DNA of 64,000 bases, taken from NCBI RefSeq assembly GCF_009914755.1, contig NC_060940.1. One strand, given 5' to 3'. The first letter of the stretch is position 1. Each line of letters starts with the position of its first letter. A model generated the notes under the pieces. It saw nothing but the letters and a program-made list of their open reading frames with translations. It made no database searches and was not told the origin of the DNA. The translations under genes and the position numbers were made by a program. Shown piece after piece: positions 43,601 to 58,978 of this stretch. The DNA is from the human T2T-CHM13v2.0 reference genome, Homo sapiens.

Positions 43601-46600
43601 TTTCATTTGATGATGATTCCATTCGATGATGATTACATTGGATTCCATTCTATGATTCCATTCAATTCCATTCGTTGATGATTCGATTCCATTCAATGAT
43701 GATTCCATTTGAGTTCATTCGATGATTCTATTCGATTCCGTTCGATGGTGACTCAATTCTATTATACTGGATGATACCAGTCGATTCCATTTGATGATTA
43801 TTCCATTGGAGTCCATTTAGTGAATCCTTTAGATTCTACTCGACGATGATTCCATTCGAGTCCATTCGATGATACCATTCAATTCCATTCGTTGATGCTT
43901 CCATTCAAGTGCATTCGATGATATCATTCGATTCCATTTGATGATAATTCCATTTGATTCCATGCGATGATTCTATTCGATTCCATTCAATGATAATTCC
44001 ATTCAATTCAGTGATTCCTCTGGACTCCATTTGATGATGATTCCATTCAATGATTCCATTCGATTCTATTCGAAAATGATTCCATTTGAATCCATTTGAT
44101 GATGATTCCATTAGATTCCATTTGATGATTCCATTCGATTCCATTCGACGATGATTCCATTCGATTCCGTTTGATGATTCCATTCTATTCTATTCGATGA
44201 TGATTCCATTCGATTCCATTCGATGATGATTGGATTCGATTCCATTGGATGATTTCATTTGATTCCATTCGTTAATGATTTCGATCAATTCCATTCGATG
44301 ATTCCATTCGATTCCATTCGATAATGATTACATCCGAGTCCATTCGATGATTCCATTTTAGCCTGTTCGATAATTCCATTTGAGTCCAACCAATGATTCC
44401 ATTCATTTCCATTCAATGATTCCATTCGAGTCCATTTGATCATTCCGGTAGGGTCCATTCGATGTTGATTCCATTGGAGTGCATTCGATGATTCCATTCG
44501 AGTCCATTTTAGGATTTGATTCGAGTCCTTTCGATGATTCCATTCGATTCCACTCGATGATGATTTCATTCGAGTCCATTCGACACTTCCAATCGATTCC
44601 ATTTGATGATTCCATTCGAGTCCAATTGATGATTCCATTCAATTCCATTCGATGATGATTCCGTACGATACCATTCTGTGATGATTCCATGTGATTGCAT
44701 TCAATGATGATTCCTTTCGATTGCATTCGATTATGATTCATTTCGTGTTCATTCTATGGTTCCACAGGTTTCCATTCGTGTCCATTCCATTATTCCATTC
44801 TATTCCATTTGATGATGATTCCATTCGATTCCATTCATTGGTGATTCCACTCAATTCCATTCAATGATTCCATTCCATTTCTTTCAACAATGATTCCATT
44901 AGTTTCTAATCGATGATCCACTTGATTCCATTTGACGACGATTCCATTCTTGTCCATTCGATGATTCCATTTGATTCCATATGATGATGATTCCATTCGA
45001 TTCCATACCATGATGATTCCATTCGAGTCCATTCAATGGTGATTCCATTCAATTCCATTCGATGATTCCTTTTGATTCCATTCGATGATGATGGCATTCG
45101 ATTCCTTTCAATCATTCCCTTTGATTCCATTCAAAGGTGATTTCATTCAAGTCCATTCGATAATTGCATTCGATTCCATTCTATGATGATTCCATTCGAG
45201 TCCATTTGATGATTCCATTCAATTCAAGTCAATGATGATTCCATTCGATTCCATTCGATGATTCCATTGGATTCCATTCGATGATGATTCCATTCAAATC
45301 CTTTCGATAATTCAATTCAAGTCCATTCGATGATGATTCCAATCGAATCCATTCAAAGATTCCATTCAGTTCCATTCGATGATTCCCTTAGATTCCATTC
45401 GATGATTCCACTTGATTGCATTTACGATGATTCCATTCGATTCCATGTGATGATTCCATTCAATTCTATTCAATGATGTTTCCATTTGATTCCATTCGAC
45501 CATGATTGCCTTTGATTCCATTCAATGATTCCATTCGGTTCCGTTTGATGATGATTCCGTTCGATTCCATTTGATGATTCCATTTGATTCCATTGGATGG
45601 GTCCATTCGATTACATTCGATGATTATTCCATTCGAGTGCATTAGATGATTCCATTCGAGTCCATTCGATGATTCCATTCGATTCCATTCGATGTTGATT
45701 CTGTTCAAATCCATTCGATGATTCCACTCGATTCCATTCGTTGACTCCATTTGATCCCATTCGATGATTTCCTTTGATTCCCTTTGATGATCATTCCATT
45801 TGATTCAATTCGGTGATTTCATTTGATTCCATTCAGTGATGTTTCCATTCGACTCCATTCGATGATGATTCCATTCGACTCCATTCGATTATGATTTCAT
45901 TCAATTCCATTCGATAATGATTCCCTGCGAGTCTATTCGATGATTCCATTCGATTCCATTCAACGATGATTTGATTCGTGTCCATTCGATGATTCCATTT
46001 GATTCCACTTGATGATGATTCCATTCGAGCCCATTTGATGATTCCATTCAATTCCATACTCCGATGATTTCTTTTGAGCCCACTCAATGCTTCCACTCGA
46101 TTCCATATGATGATGACTCCATTCGATGAAATTCGATGATGATTCCATTCGCTTGCTTTCGATGATGATTCCACTTGAGTCCGTTAGAAGATTCTATTCA
46201 ATTACATTCCATGACGATTCCGTTCGAGTCCATTTGATGATTCCATTAGACTCCATTCGACGATGATTCCATTCGATGTTATTCGATGATTCCATTCGAT
46301 CTCATTCGATGATGATTCCATTCAACTCCATTCGATGTTTCCATTCGAGTTCATTCTATTATTCCATTAGATTCCATTCGATGATGATTCCATTCGATTC
46401 CATTTGATGATTGCATTCTATTTCATTTGATGATGATTCCATTCGAGTCCACTCGATGATTCCATTCGAGTCCATTTAATGAATCCATTGGTTTCAATTC
46501 TATGATGATTACATTGGATTCCATTCGTTGATGATTTCATTCGGTTCCATTCAATGATGATTCCATTCAATTCCTTTCAATGTTTCCATTCAATTCCATA

Positions 46601-46754
46601 CGATGATGATTCCATTTGATTTGATTCGACAGTGAGCCATTCGATTCAATTCCATGATGATTCTATTTGATTCAATTGGTTGACATTTCCATTCGATTCC
46701 ATTCGATGATGATTCCCTTTGATTCCGTTCAAAGATGATTCCATTCTAGCCCAT
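40643..46754 (+). repeat. Higher-order unit (6112 bp), third copy within the 8011-bp triplication
   Basis: Landmark offset 40711 -> 46823. Confidence 0.9.
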
Positions 46755-49700
46755 TCAATCATTCCATTCGATTCTATTCAATGATGATTCCATTCATGTC
46801 GATTTGGTGATTCCATTTGACTTCATTTGATGATGATTCCTTTCAAGTTCATTAGATGATTCCATTCGATTCCATTTGATGATGATCCCATTCGAGTCCA
46901 TTCAGTGATTCCATTCATTTCCATTCCATGATGATTCCATTCCTTTCCATTCAATGATTCCATTCGATTCCGTTTGATGATGATTTCATTCGAGTCCATT
47001 TGATGATTCCATTTGATTCCATTCGATGATGATTCCATTCGAGTCCATTCGATGATTCTATTCGAATCCATTTGATGATTTCTTTTGATTATATTTGGTG
47101 ATGATTCCATTGGAGTCCATTCAATGATTCCATTCTATTCCAATCGATGATGATTCCATTAGAGTCCATTTAATGATTCCATTTGATTCCAGTCTCTGAT
47201 GATTACATTCGAGTCCATACGATGATTCCACTCAATTCCATATGATGATGATTCCATTTGATTCCATTCGGTGATTCCATTCTATTCTATTCAATGGTGA
47301 TTCCATTCGAGTACATTAGATGATTCCATTCGATTCCATTCAATGATGATTCTATTTGTGTCCCTTAGATGATTCCACATGATTCCATTAGATGATGATA
47401 CTATTTGAGCCCATCCAATGATTCCCTTCGATTCCATTCGATGAGGATTCCATTCGATTCAATTCATTGGTGATTCTATTCAATTCAATTCTTTGATTCC
47501 ATTCCATTCCATTCGACAATAATTCCATTCGATTTCTTTCGATGATTCCACTCGATTCCACTTGACATTGATTCCATTCGATTCCATTCAATGATTCCAT
47601 TTGATTCCAGTGGATGATGATTGCCATCGATTCCATTCGATCACTCCATTCTATTCCATTTGATGATGATTACATTCGATTCCATTTGATGATTCCATCT
47701 GATTCTATTCGAGGATTCCATTTGATTCCATTCGATGATGATTCCATTCGAGTCCATTCGATGATTTCATTCGAGTACATCCAATGATTCCATTCGAGTC
47801 CATTAGTTGATTCCATTTGATTCCATTTGAAAATGATTCTACTAGAGTCCATTCAATGACTCCATTCGAGTCCATTCAACAATTCCATTCGACTCCATTC
47901 GATGATTCCATTCGATTCCATTTGATGGTTCCATTCGAGTCCATTTAATCATTACAGTCGAGTCCATTTGGTGATTCCACTGGATTTCTTTTGATAATGA
48001 TACCATTCAATTACATTTGATGATGATCCCATTCAATTTCATTTGATGATGATTCCATTAGAGTCCATTCGATGATTTCATTCGAGTCCCTTCATTGATT
48101 CCATCCGATTTCATTGGATGATGACTCCATTCGAGTCCATTCGATGATTCCACTCGATTCCATTAGATGACTCCATTGGAGTCCATTTGATTGTTCCATT
48201 CGATTCCATTCGATTCCTTTCGAAGATTATTCCATTTGAGTCCATTCGATGATGATTCCATTCCATTCCATTCGATGATTCCGTTTGATTCCATTCGATG
48301 ATTCCCTTCGATTCCTTTCTTTGATGATTCCATTCCATTCCATTCAATGATTCCATTCGAATCTATTCCATGATGATTCCTTTCGATTCCATTCGCTGAT
48401 GTTTCCGTTCAATTCCATTCGATGATGATTCCATTCGATTCCATTCATTGAGGATTCCATTTGATTCCATTCAATGATGATTCCATTCTATTCCATTCAA
48501 TGATTTCATTCAATTCCATTCAATGATTATCCCCTTAGAGTAAACTCAACGATTGCATTCAATACCATTCGATGATGATTCCTTTTGAGTCCATTCAATG
48601 ATTTCATTCAAGTCCATTTGATGATTCCTTTCAATTCCATTCGATGATGATTCCATTCGAGTCCATTCGATGATTCCATTCGATTGCATTCGATGATTCC
48701 ATTATATTCCATTCAACGGTGATTCCATTCGAGTCCATTCCATGATTCCATTAGAGTACATTTAATGATTGCTTTGTTTTCAATTCGAAGATGATTGCAT
48801 TGGATTCCATTCTATGATACCATTCGATTCCATTCAATGATGATTCCACTCAAATCCATTGGATGATTCCATTCGTGTCCATTCGGTGATTTCATTAGAT
48901 TCCATTCGAGGATGATTCCATTCGATTCCATTCGATGATTCCATTCAATTCCATTCGATGATGATTCCATTCCAGTCCATATGATCATTCCATTTGATTT
49001 CATTCGATGATGATTCCATTCGATTCCATTCGACGATTCCATTCTATTCCATTCGATGATGATTCCATTCGAGTCCATTCGATCAATCCATTCGAGTCCA
49101 TTTAATGATTCCATTGGGTTCAATTCAATGATGATTACATTGGATTCCGTTCTATGATTCCATTCAATTCCGTTCATTGACAATTTGATTCCATTCGATG
49201 ATGATTCCATTTGAGTTCATTCGATGATTCTATTCGATTCTCTTCGATGGTGATTCAATTTTATTATATTGGATAATTCCATTCGATTCCATTTGATGTT
49301 GATTCAATTCGATTCTATTCGATGATGATTCCATTGGATTTCACTTGATGATTCTATTCGATTCCATTCAATGATGATTCACTTCTCGTCCATTGGATGA
49401 TTCCATTTCATTCCATTCGATGATGATTCCATTTGATTCCATTCGTTGATTCCATTTGATTCCATGCGACGGTGAGCAATTCGATTCAATTCCATGATGA
49501 TTCTATTTGATTCAATTAGATGATGTTTCCATTCGAATCCATTCCATGATTATTCCATTGGAATCCATTCGGCGATGATTCCATATGAGTCAATTCAATG
49601 ATGATTCCATATGGGTCCGTTCGATGATAATTCCATTTGATTTCATTCGATGCTTCTATTCTATTCCAGTCGATGATGATTCCGTTGGAGTCCATACGAT

Positions 49701-52700
49701 GATTCCATTTGATTTCATTTGATGATGATTCCATTCGATGATGATTACATTGGATTCCATTCTATGATTCCATTCAATTCCATTCGTTGATGATTCGATT
49801 CCATTCAATGATGATTCCATTTGAGTTCATTCGATGATTCTATTCGATTCCGTTCGATGGTGATTCAATTCTATTATATTGGATGATTCCACTCGATTCC
49901 ATTTGATGATTATTCCATTGGAGTCCACTTAGTGAATCCTTTAGATTCTACTCGACGATGATTCCATTCGAGTCCATTCGATGATACCATTCAATTCCAT
50001 TCGTTGATGCTTCCATTCAAGTGCATTCGATGATATCATTCGATTCCATTTGATGATAATTCCATTTGATTCCATGCGATGATTCTATTCGATTCCATTC
50101 AATGATAATTCCATTCAATTCAGTGATTCCTCTGGACTCCATTTGATGATGATTCCATTCAATGATTCCATTCGATTCTATTCGAAAATGATTCCATTTG
50201 AATCCATTTGATGATGATTCCATTAGATTCCATTTGATGATTCCATTCGATTCCATTCGACGATGATTCCATTCGATTCCGTTTGATGATTCCATTCTAT
50301 TCTATTCGATGATGATTCCATTCGATTCCATTCGATGATGATTGGATTCGATTCCATTGGATGATTTCATTTGATTCCATTCGTTAATGATTTCGATCAA
50401 TTCCATTCGATGATTCCATTCGATTCCATTCGATAATGATTACATCCGAGTCCATTCGATGATTCCCTTTGAGCCTGTTCGATAATTCCATTTGAGTCCA
50501 ACCAATGATTCCATTCATTTCCATTCAATGATTCCATTCGAGTCCATTTGATCATTCCGGTAGGGTCCATTCGATGTTGATTCCATTGGAGTGCATTCGA
50601 TGATTCCATTCGAGTCCATTTTAGGATTTGATTCGAGTCCTTTCGATGATTCCATTCGATTCCACTCGATGATGATTTCATTCGAGTCCATTCGACACTT
50701 CCAATCGATTCCATTTGATGATTCCATTCGAGTCCAATTGATGATTCCATTCAATTCCATTCGATGATGATTCCGTACGATTCCATTCTGTGATGATTCC
50801 ATGTGATTGCATTCAATGATGATTCCTTTCGATTACATTCGATTATGATTCATTTCGTGTTCATTCTATGGTTCCACAGGTTTCCATTCGTGTCCATTCC
50901 ATTATTCCATTCTATTCCATTTGATGATGATTCCGTTCGATTCCATTCATTGGTGATTCCACTCAATTCCATTCAATGATTCCATTCCATTTCTTTCAAC
51001 AATGATTCCATTAGTTTCTAATCGATGATCCACTTGATTCCATTTGACGACGATTCCATTCTTGTCCATTCGATGATTCCATTTGATTCCATATGATGAT
51101 GATTCCATTCGATTCCATACCATGATGATTCCATTCGAGTCCATTCAATGGTGATTCCATTCAATTCCATTCGATGATTCCTTTTGATTCCATTCGATGA
51201 TGATGGCATTCGATTCCTTTCAATCATTCCCTTTGATTCCATTCAAAGGTGATTTCATTCAAGTCCATTCGATAATTGCATTCGATTCCATTCTATGATG
51301 ATTCCATTCGAGTCCATTTGATGATTCCATTCAATTCAAGTCAATGATGATTCCATTCGATTCCATTCGATGATTCCATTGGATTCCATTCGATGATGAT
51401 TCCATTCAAATCCATTCGATAATTCAATTCAAGTCCATTCGATGATGATTCCAATCGAATCCATTCAAAGATTCCATTCAGTTCCATTCGATGATTCCCT
51501 TAGATTCCATTCGATGATTCCACTTGATTGCATTTACGATGATTCCATTCGATTCCATGTGATGATTCCATTCAATTCTATTCAATGATGTCTCCATTTG
51601 ATTCCATTCGACCATGATTGCCTTTGATTCCATTCAATGATTCCATTCGGTTCCGTTTGATGATGATTCCGTTCGATTCCATTTGATGATTCCATTTGAT
51701 TCCATTGGATGAGTCCATTCGATTACATTCGATGATTATTCCATTCGAGTGCATTAGATGATTCCATTCGAGTCCATTCGATGATTCCATTCGATTCCAT
51801 TCGATGTTGATTCTGTTCAAATCCATTCGATGATTCCACTCGATTCCATTCGTTGACTCCATTTGATCCCATTCGATGATTTCCTTTGATTCCCTTTGAT
51901 GATCATTCCATTTGATTCAATTCGGTGATTTCATTTGATTCCATTCAGTGATGTTTCCATTCGACTCCATTCGATGATGATTCCATTCGACTCCATTCGA
52001 TTATGATTTCATTCAATTCCATTCGATAATGATTCCCTTCGAGTCCATTCGATGATTCCATTCGATTCCATTCAACAATGATTTGATTCGTGTCCATTCG
52101 ATGATTCCATTTGATTCCACATGATGATGATTCCATTCGAGTCCATTTGATGATTCCATTCAATTCCATACTCCGATGATTTCTTTTGAGCCCACTCAAT
52201 GCTTCCACTCGATTCCATATGATGATGACTCCATTCGATGAAATTCGATGATGATTCCATTCGCTTGCTTTCGATGATGATTCCACTTGAGTCCGTTAGA
52301 AGATTCTATTCAATTACATTCCATGACGATTCCGTTCGAGTCCATTTGATGATTCCATTAGACTCCATTCGACGATGATTCCATTCGATGTTATTCGATG
52401 ATTCCATTCGATCTCATTCGATGATGATTCCATTCAACTCCATTCGATGTTTCCATTCGAGTTCATTCTATTATTCCATTAGATTCCATTCGATGATGAT
52501 TCCATTCGATTCCATTTGATGATTGCATTCTATTTCATTTGATGATGATTCCATTCGAGTCCACTCGATGATTCCATTCGAGTCCATTTAATGAATCCAT
52601 TGGTTTCAATTCTATGATGATTACATTGGATTCCATTCGTTGATGATTTCATTCGGTTCCATTCAATGATGATTCCATTCAATTCCTTTCAATGTTTCCA

Positions 52701-52866
52701 TTCAATTCCATACGATGATGATTCCATTTGATTTGATTCGACAGTGAGCCATTCGATTCAATTCCATGATGATTCTATTTGATTCAATTGGTTGACATTT
52801 CCATTCGATTCCATTCGATGATGATTCCCTTTGATTCCGTTCAAAGATGATTCCATTCTAGCCCAT
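46755..52866 (+). repeat. Higher-order unit (6112 bp)
   Basis: Landmark offset 46823 -> 52935. Confidence 0.9.
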
Positions 52867-55800
52867 TCAATCATTCCATTCGATTCTATTCAATGATGAT
52901 TCCATTCATGTCGATTTGGTGATTCCATTTGACTTCATTTGATGATGATTCCTTTCAAGTTCATTAGATGATTCCATTCGATTCCATTTGATGATGATCC
53001 CATTCGAGTCCATTCAGTGATTCCATTCGTTTCCATTCCATGATGATTCCATTCCTTTCCATTCAATGATTCCATTCGATTCCGTTTGATGATGATTTCA
53101 TTCGAGTCCATTTGATGATTCCATTTGATTCCATTCGATGATGATTCCATTCGAGTCCATTCGATGATTCTATTCGAATCCATTTGATGATTTCTTTTGA
53201 TTATATTTGGTGATGATTCCATTGGAGTCCATTCAATGATTCCATTCGATTCCAATCGATGATGATTCCATTAGAGTCCATTTAATGATTCCACTTGATT
53301 CCAGTCTCTGATGATTACATTCGAGTCCATACGATGATTCCACTCAATTCCATATGATGATGATTCCATTTGATTCCATTCGGTGATTCCATTCTATTCT
53401 ATTCAATGGTGATTCCATTCGAGTACATTAGATGATTCCATTCGATTCCATTCAATGATGATTCTATTTGTGTCCCTTAGATGATTCCACATGATTCCAT
53501 TACATGATGATACTATTTGAGCCCATCCAATGATTCCCTTCGATTCCATTCGATGAGGATTCCATTCGATTCAGTTCATTGGTGATTCTATTCAATTCAA
53601 TTCTTTGATTCCATTCCATTCCATTCGACAATGATTCCATTCGATTTCTTTCGATGATTCCACTCGATTCCACTTGACATTGATTCCCTTCGATTCCATT
53701 CAATGATTCCATTTGATTCCAGTGGATGATGATTGCCATCGATTCCATTCGATCACTCCATTCTATTCCATTTGATGATGATTACATTCGATTCCATTTG
53801 ACGATTCCATCTGATTCTATTCGAGGATTCCATTTGATTCCATTCGATGATGATTCCATTCGAGTCCATTCGATGATTTCATTCGAGTACATCCAATGAT
53901 TCCATTCGAGTCCATTAGATGATTCCATTTGATTCCATTTGAAAATGATTCTACTAGAGTCCATTCAATGACTCCATTCGAGTCCATTCAACAATTCCAT
54001 TCGACTCCATTCGATGATTCCATTCGATTCCATTTGATGGTTCCATTCGAGTCCATTTAATCATTACAGTCGAGTCCATTTGGTGATTCCACTGGATTTC
54101 TTTTGATAATGATACCATTCAATTACATTTGATGATGATCCCATTCAATTTCATTTGATGATGATTCCATTAGAGTCCATTCGATGATTTCATTCGAGTC
54201 CCTTCATTGATTCCATCCGATTTCATTGGATGATGACTCCATTCGAGTCCATTCGATGATTCCACTCGATTCCATTAGATGACTCCATTGGAGTCCATTT
54301 GATTGTTCCATTCGATTCCATTCGATTCCTTTCGAAGATTATTCCATTTGAGTGCATTCGATGATGATTCCATTCCATTCCATTCGATGATTCCGTTTGA
54401 TTCTATTCGATGATTCCCTTCGATTCCTTTCTTTGATGATTCCATTCCATTCCATTCAATGATTCCATTCGAATCTATTCCATGATGATTCCTTTCGATT
54501 CCATTCGCTGATGTTTCCGTTCAATTCCATTCGATGATGATTCCATTCGATTCCATTCATTGAGGATTCCATTTGATTCCATTCAATGATGATTCCATTC
54601 TATTCCATTCAATGATTGCATTCAATTCCATTCAATGATTATCCCATTAGAGTAAACTCAACGATTCCATTCAATACCATTCGATGATGATTCCTTTTGA
54701 GTCCATTCAATGATTTCATTCAAGTCCATTTGATGATTCCTTTCAATTCCATTCTATGATGATTCCATTCGAGTCCATTCGATGATTCCATTCGATTGCA
54801 TTCGATGATTCCATTATATTCCATTCAACGGTGATTCCATTCGAGTCCATTCCATGATTCCATTAGAGTACATTTAATGATTGCTTTGTTTTCAATTCGA
54901 AGATGATTACATTGGATTCCATTCTATGATACCATTCGATTCCATTCAATGATGATTCCACTCAAATCCATTGGATGATTCCATTCGTGTCCATTCGGTG
55001 ATTTCATTAGATTCCATTCGAGGATGATTCCATTCGATTCCATTCGATGATTCCATTCAATTCCATTCGATGATGATTCCATTCCAGTCCATATGATCAT
55101 TCCATTTGATTTCATTCGATGATGATTCCATTCGATTCCTTTCGACGATTCCATTCTATTCCATTCGATGATGATTCCATTCGAGTCCATTCGATGATTC
55201 CATTCGAGTCCATTTAATGATTCCATTGGGTTCAATTCAATGATGATTACATTGGATTCCGTTCTCTGATTCCATTCAATTCCGTTCAATGACAATTTGA
55301 TTCCATTCGATGATGATTCCATTTGAGTTCATTCGATGATTCTATTCGATTCTCTTCGATGGTGATTCAATTTTATTATATTGGATAATTCCATTCGATT
55401 CCATTTGATGTTGATTCAATTCGATTCTATTCGATGATGATTCCATTGGATTTCACTTGATGATTCTATTCGATTCCATTCAATGATGATTCACTTCTCG
55501 TCCATTGGATGATTCCATTTCATTCCATTCGATGATGATTCCATTCGATTCCATTCGTTGATTCCATTTGATTCCATGCGACGGTGAGCAATTCGATTCA
55601 ATTCCATGATGATTCTATTTGATTCAATTAGATGATGTTTCCATTCGAATCCATTCCATGATTATTCCATTGGAATCCATTCGGCGATGATTCCATATGA
55701 GTCAATTCAATGATGATTCCATATGGGTCCGTTCGATGATAATTCCATTTGATTTCATTCGATGCTTCTATTCTATTCCAGTCGATGATGATTCCGTTGG

Positions 55801-58800
55801 AGTCCATACGATGATTCCATTTGATTTCATTTGATGATGATTCCATTCGATGATGATTACATTGGATTCCATTCTATGATTCCATTCAATTCCATTCGTT
55901 GATGATTCGATTCCATTCAATGATGATTCCATTTGAGTTCATTCGATGATTCTATTCGATTCCGTTCGATGGTGATTCAATTCTATTATATTGGATGATT
56001 CCACTCGATTCCATTTGATGATTATTCCATTGGAGTCCACTTAGTGAATCCTTTAGATTCTACTCGACGATGATTCCATTCGAGTCCATTCGATGATACC
56101 ATTCAATTCCATTCGTTGATGCTTCCATTCAAGTGCATTCGATGATATCATTCGATTCCATTTGATGATAATTCCATTTGATTCCATGCGATGATTCTAT
56201 TCGATTCCATTCAATGATAATTCCATTCAATTCAGTGATTCCTCTGGACTCCATTTGATGATGATTCCATTCAATGATTCCATTCGATTCTATTCGAAAA
56301 TGATTCCATTTGAATCCATTTGATGATGATTCCATTAGATTCCATTTGATGATTCCATTCGATTCCATTCGACGATGATTCCATTCGATTCCGTTTGATG
56401 ATTCCATTCTATTCTATTCGATGATGATTCCATTCGATTCCATTCGATGATGATTGGATTCAATTCCATTGGATGATTTCATTTGATTCCATTCGTTAAT
56501 GATTTCGATCAATTCCATTCGATGATTCCATTCGATTCCATTCGATAATGATTACATCCGAGTCCATTCGATGATTCCCTTTGAGCCTGTTCGATAATTC
56601 CATTTGAGTCCAACCAATGATTCCATTCATTTCCATTCAATGATTCCATTCGAGTCCATTTGATCATTCCGGTAGGGTCCATTCGATGTTGATTCCATTG
56701 GAGTGCATTCGATGATTCCATTCGAGTCCATTTTAGGATTTGATTCGAGTCCTTTCGATGATTCCATTCGATTCCACTCGATGATGATTTCATTCGAGTC
56801 CATTCGACACTTCCAATCGATTCCATTTGATGATTCCATTCGAGTCCAATTGATGATTCCATTCAATTCCATTCGATGATGATTCCGTACGATTCCATTC
56901 TGTGATGATTCCATGTGATTGCATTCAATGATGATTCCTTTCGATTGCATTCGATTATGATTCATTTCGTGTTCATTCTATGGTTCCACAGGTTTCCATT
57001 CGTGTCCATTCCATTATTCCATTCTATTCCATTTGATGATGATTCCGTTCGATTCCATTCATTGGTGATTCCACTCAATTCCATTCAATGATTCCATTCC
57101 ATTTCTTTCAACAATGATTCCATTAGTTTCTAATCGATGATCCACTTGATTCCATTTGACGACGATTCCATTCTTGTCCATTCGATGATTCCATTTGATT
57201 CCATATGATGATGATTCCATTCGATTCCATACCATGATGATTCCATTCGAGTCCATTCAATGGTGATTCCATTCAATTCCATTCGATGATTCCTTTTGAT
57301 TCCATTCGATGATGATGGCATTCGATTCCTTTCAATCATTCCCTTTGATTCCATTCAAAGGTGATTTCATTCAAGTCCATTCGATAATTGCATTCGATTC
57401 CATTCTATGATGATTCCATTCGAGTCCATTTGATGATTCCATTCAATTCAAGTCAATGATGATTCCATTCGATTCCATTCGATGATTCCATTGGATTCCA
57501 TTCGATGATGATTCCATTCAAATCCATTCGATAATTCAATTCAAGTCCATTCGATGATGATTCCAATCGAATCCATTCAAAGATTCCATTCAGTTCCATT
57601 CGATGATTCCCTTAGATTCCATTCGATGATTCCACTTGATTGCATTTACGATGATTCCATTCGATTCCATGTGATGATTCCATTCAATTCTATTCAATGA
57701 TGTCTCCATTTGATTCCATTCGACCATGATTGCCTTTGATTCCATTCAATGATTCCATTCGGTTCCGTTTGATGATGATTCCGTTCGATTCCATTTGATG
57801 ATTCCATTTGATTCCATTGGATGAGTCCATTCGATTACATTCGATGATTATTCCATTCGAGTGCATTAGATGATTCCATTCGAGTCCATTCGATGATTCC
57901 ATTCGATTCCATTCGATGTTGATTCTGTTCAAATCCATTCGATGATTCCACTCGATTCCATTCGTTGACTCCATTTGATCCCATTCGATGATTTCCTTTG
58001 ATTCCCTTTGATGATCATTCCATTTGATTCAATTCGGTGATTTCATTTGATTCCATTCAGTGATGTTTCCATTCGACTCCATTCGATGATTATTCCATTC
58101 GACTCCATTCGATTATGATTTCATTCAATTCCATTCGATAATGATTCCCTTCGAGTCCATTCGATGATTCCATTCGATTCCATTCAACAATGATTTGATT
58201 CGTGTCCATTCGATGATTCCATTTGATTCCACATGATGATGATTCCATTCGAGTCCATTTGATGATTCCATTCAATTCCATACTCCGATGATTTCTTTTG
58301 AGCCCACTCAATGCTTCCACTCGATTCCATATGATGATGACTCCATTCGATGAAATTCGATGATGATTCCATTCGCTTGCTTTCGATGATGATTCCACTT
58401 GAGTCCGTTAGAAGATTCTATTCAATTACATTCCATGACGATTCCGTTCGAGTCCATTTGATGATTCCATTAGACTCCATTCGACGATGATTCCATTCGA
58501 TGTTATTCGATGATTCCATTCGATCTCATTCGATGATGATTCCATTCAACTCCATTCGATGTTTCCATTCGAGTTCATTCTATTATTCCATTAGATTCCA
58601 TTCGATGATGATTCCATTCGATTCCATTTGATGATTGCATTCTATTTCATTTGATGATGATTCCATTCGAGTCCACTCGATGATTCCATTCGAGTCCATT
58701 TAATGAATCCATTGGTTTCAATTCTATGATGATTACATTGGATTACATTCGTTGATGATTTCATTCGGTTCCATTCAAGGATGATTCCATTCAATTCCTT

Positions 58801-58978
58801 TCAATGTTTCCATTCAATTCCATACGATGATGATTCCATTTGATTTGATTCGACAGTGAGCCATTCGATTCAATTCCATGATGATTCTATTTGATTCAAT
58901 TGGTTGACATTTCCATTCGATTCCATTCGATGATGATTCCCTTTGATTCCGTTCAAAGATGATTCCATTCTAGCCCAT
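52867..58978 (+). repeat. Higher-order unit (6112 bp)
   Basis: Landmark offset 52935 -> 59047. Confidence 0.9.

Larger units (their letters stand above)
23708..47740 (+). repeat. Tandem triplication of an 8011-bp segment (23708-31718, 31719-39729, 39730-47740)
   Basis: ORF landmarks recur at +8011 (24233/32244/40255; 28263/36274/44285; 31366/39377/47388). Private variants are shared by exactly three copies. Confidence 0.9.
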
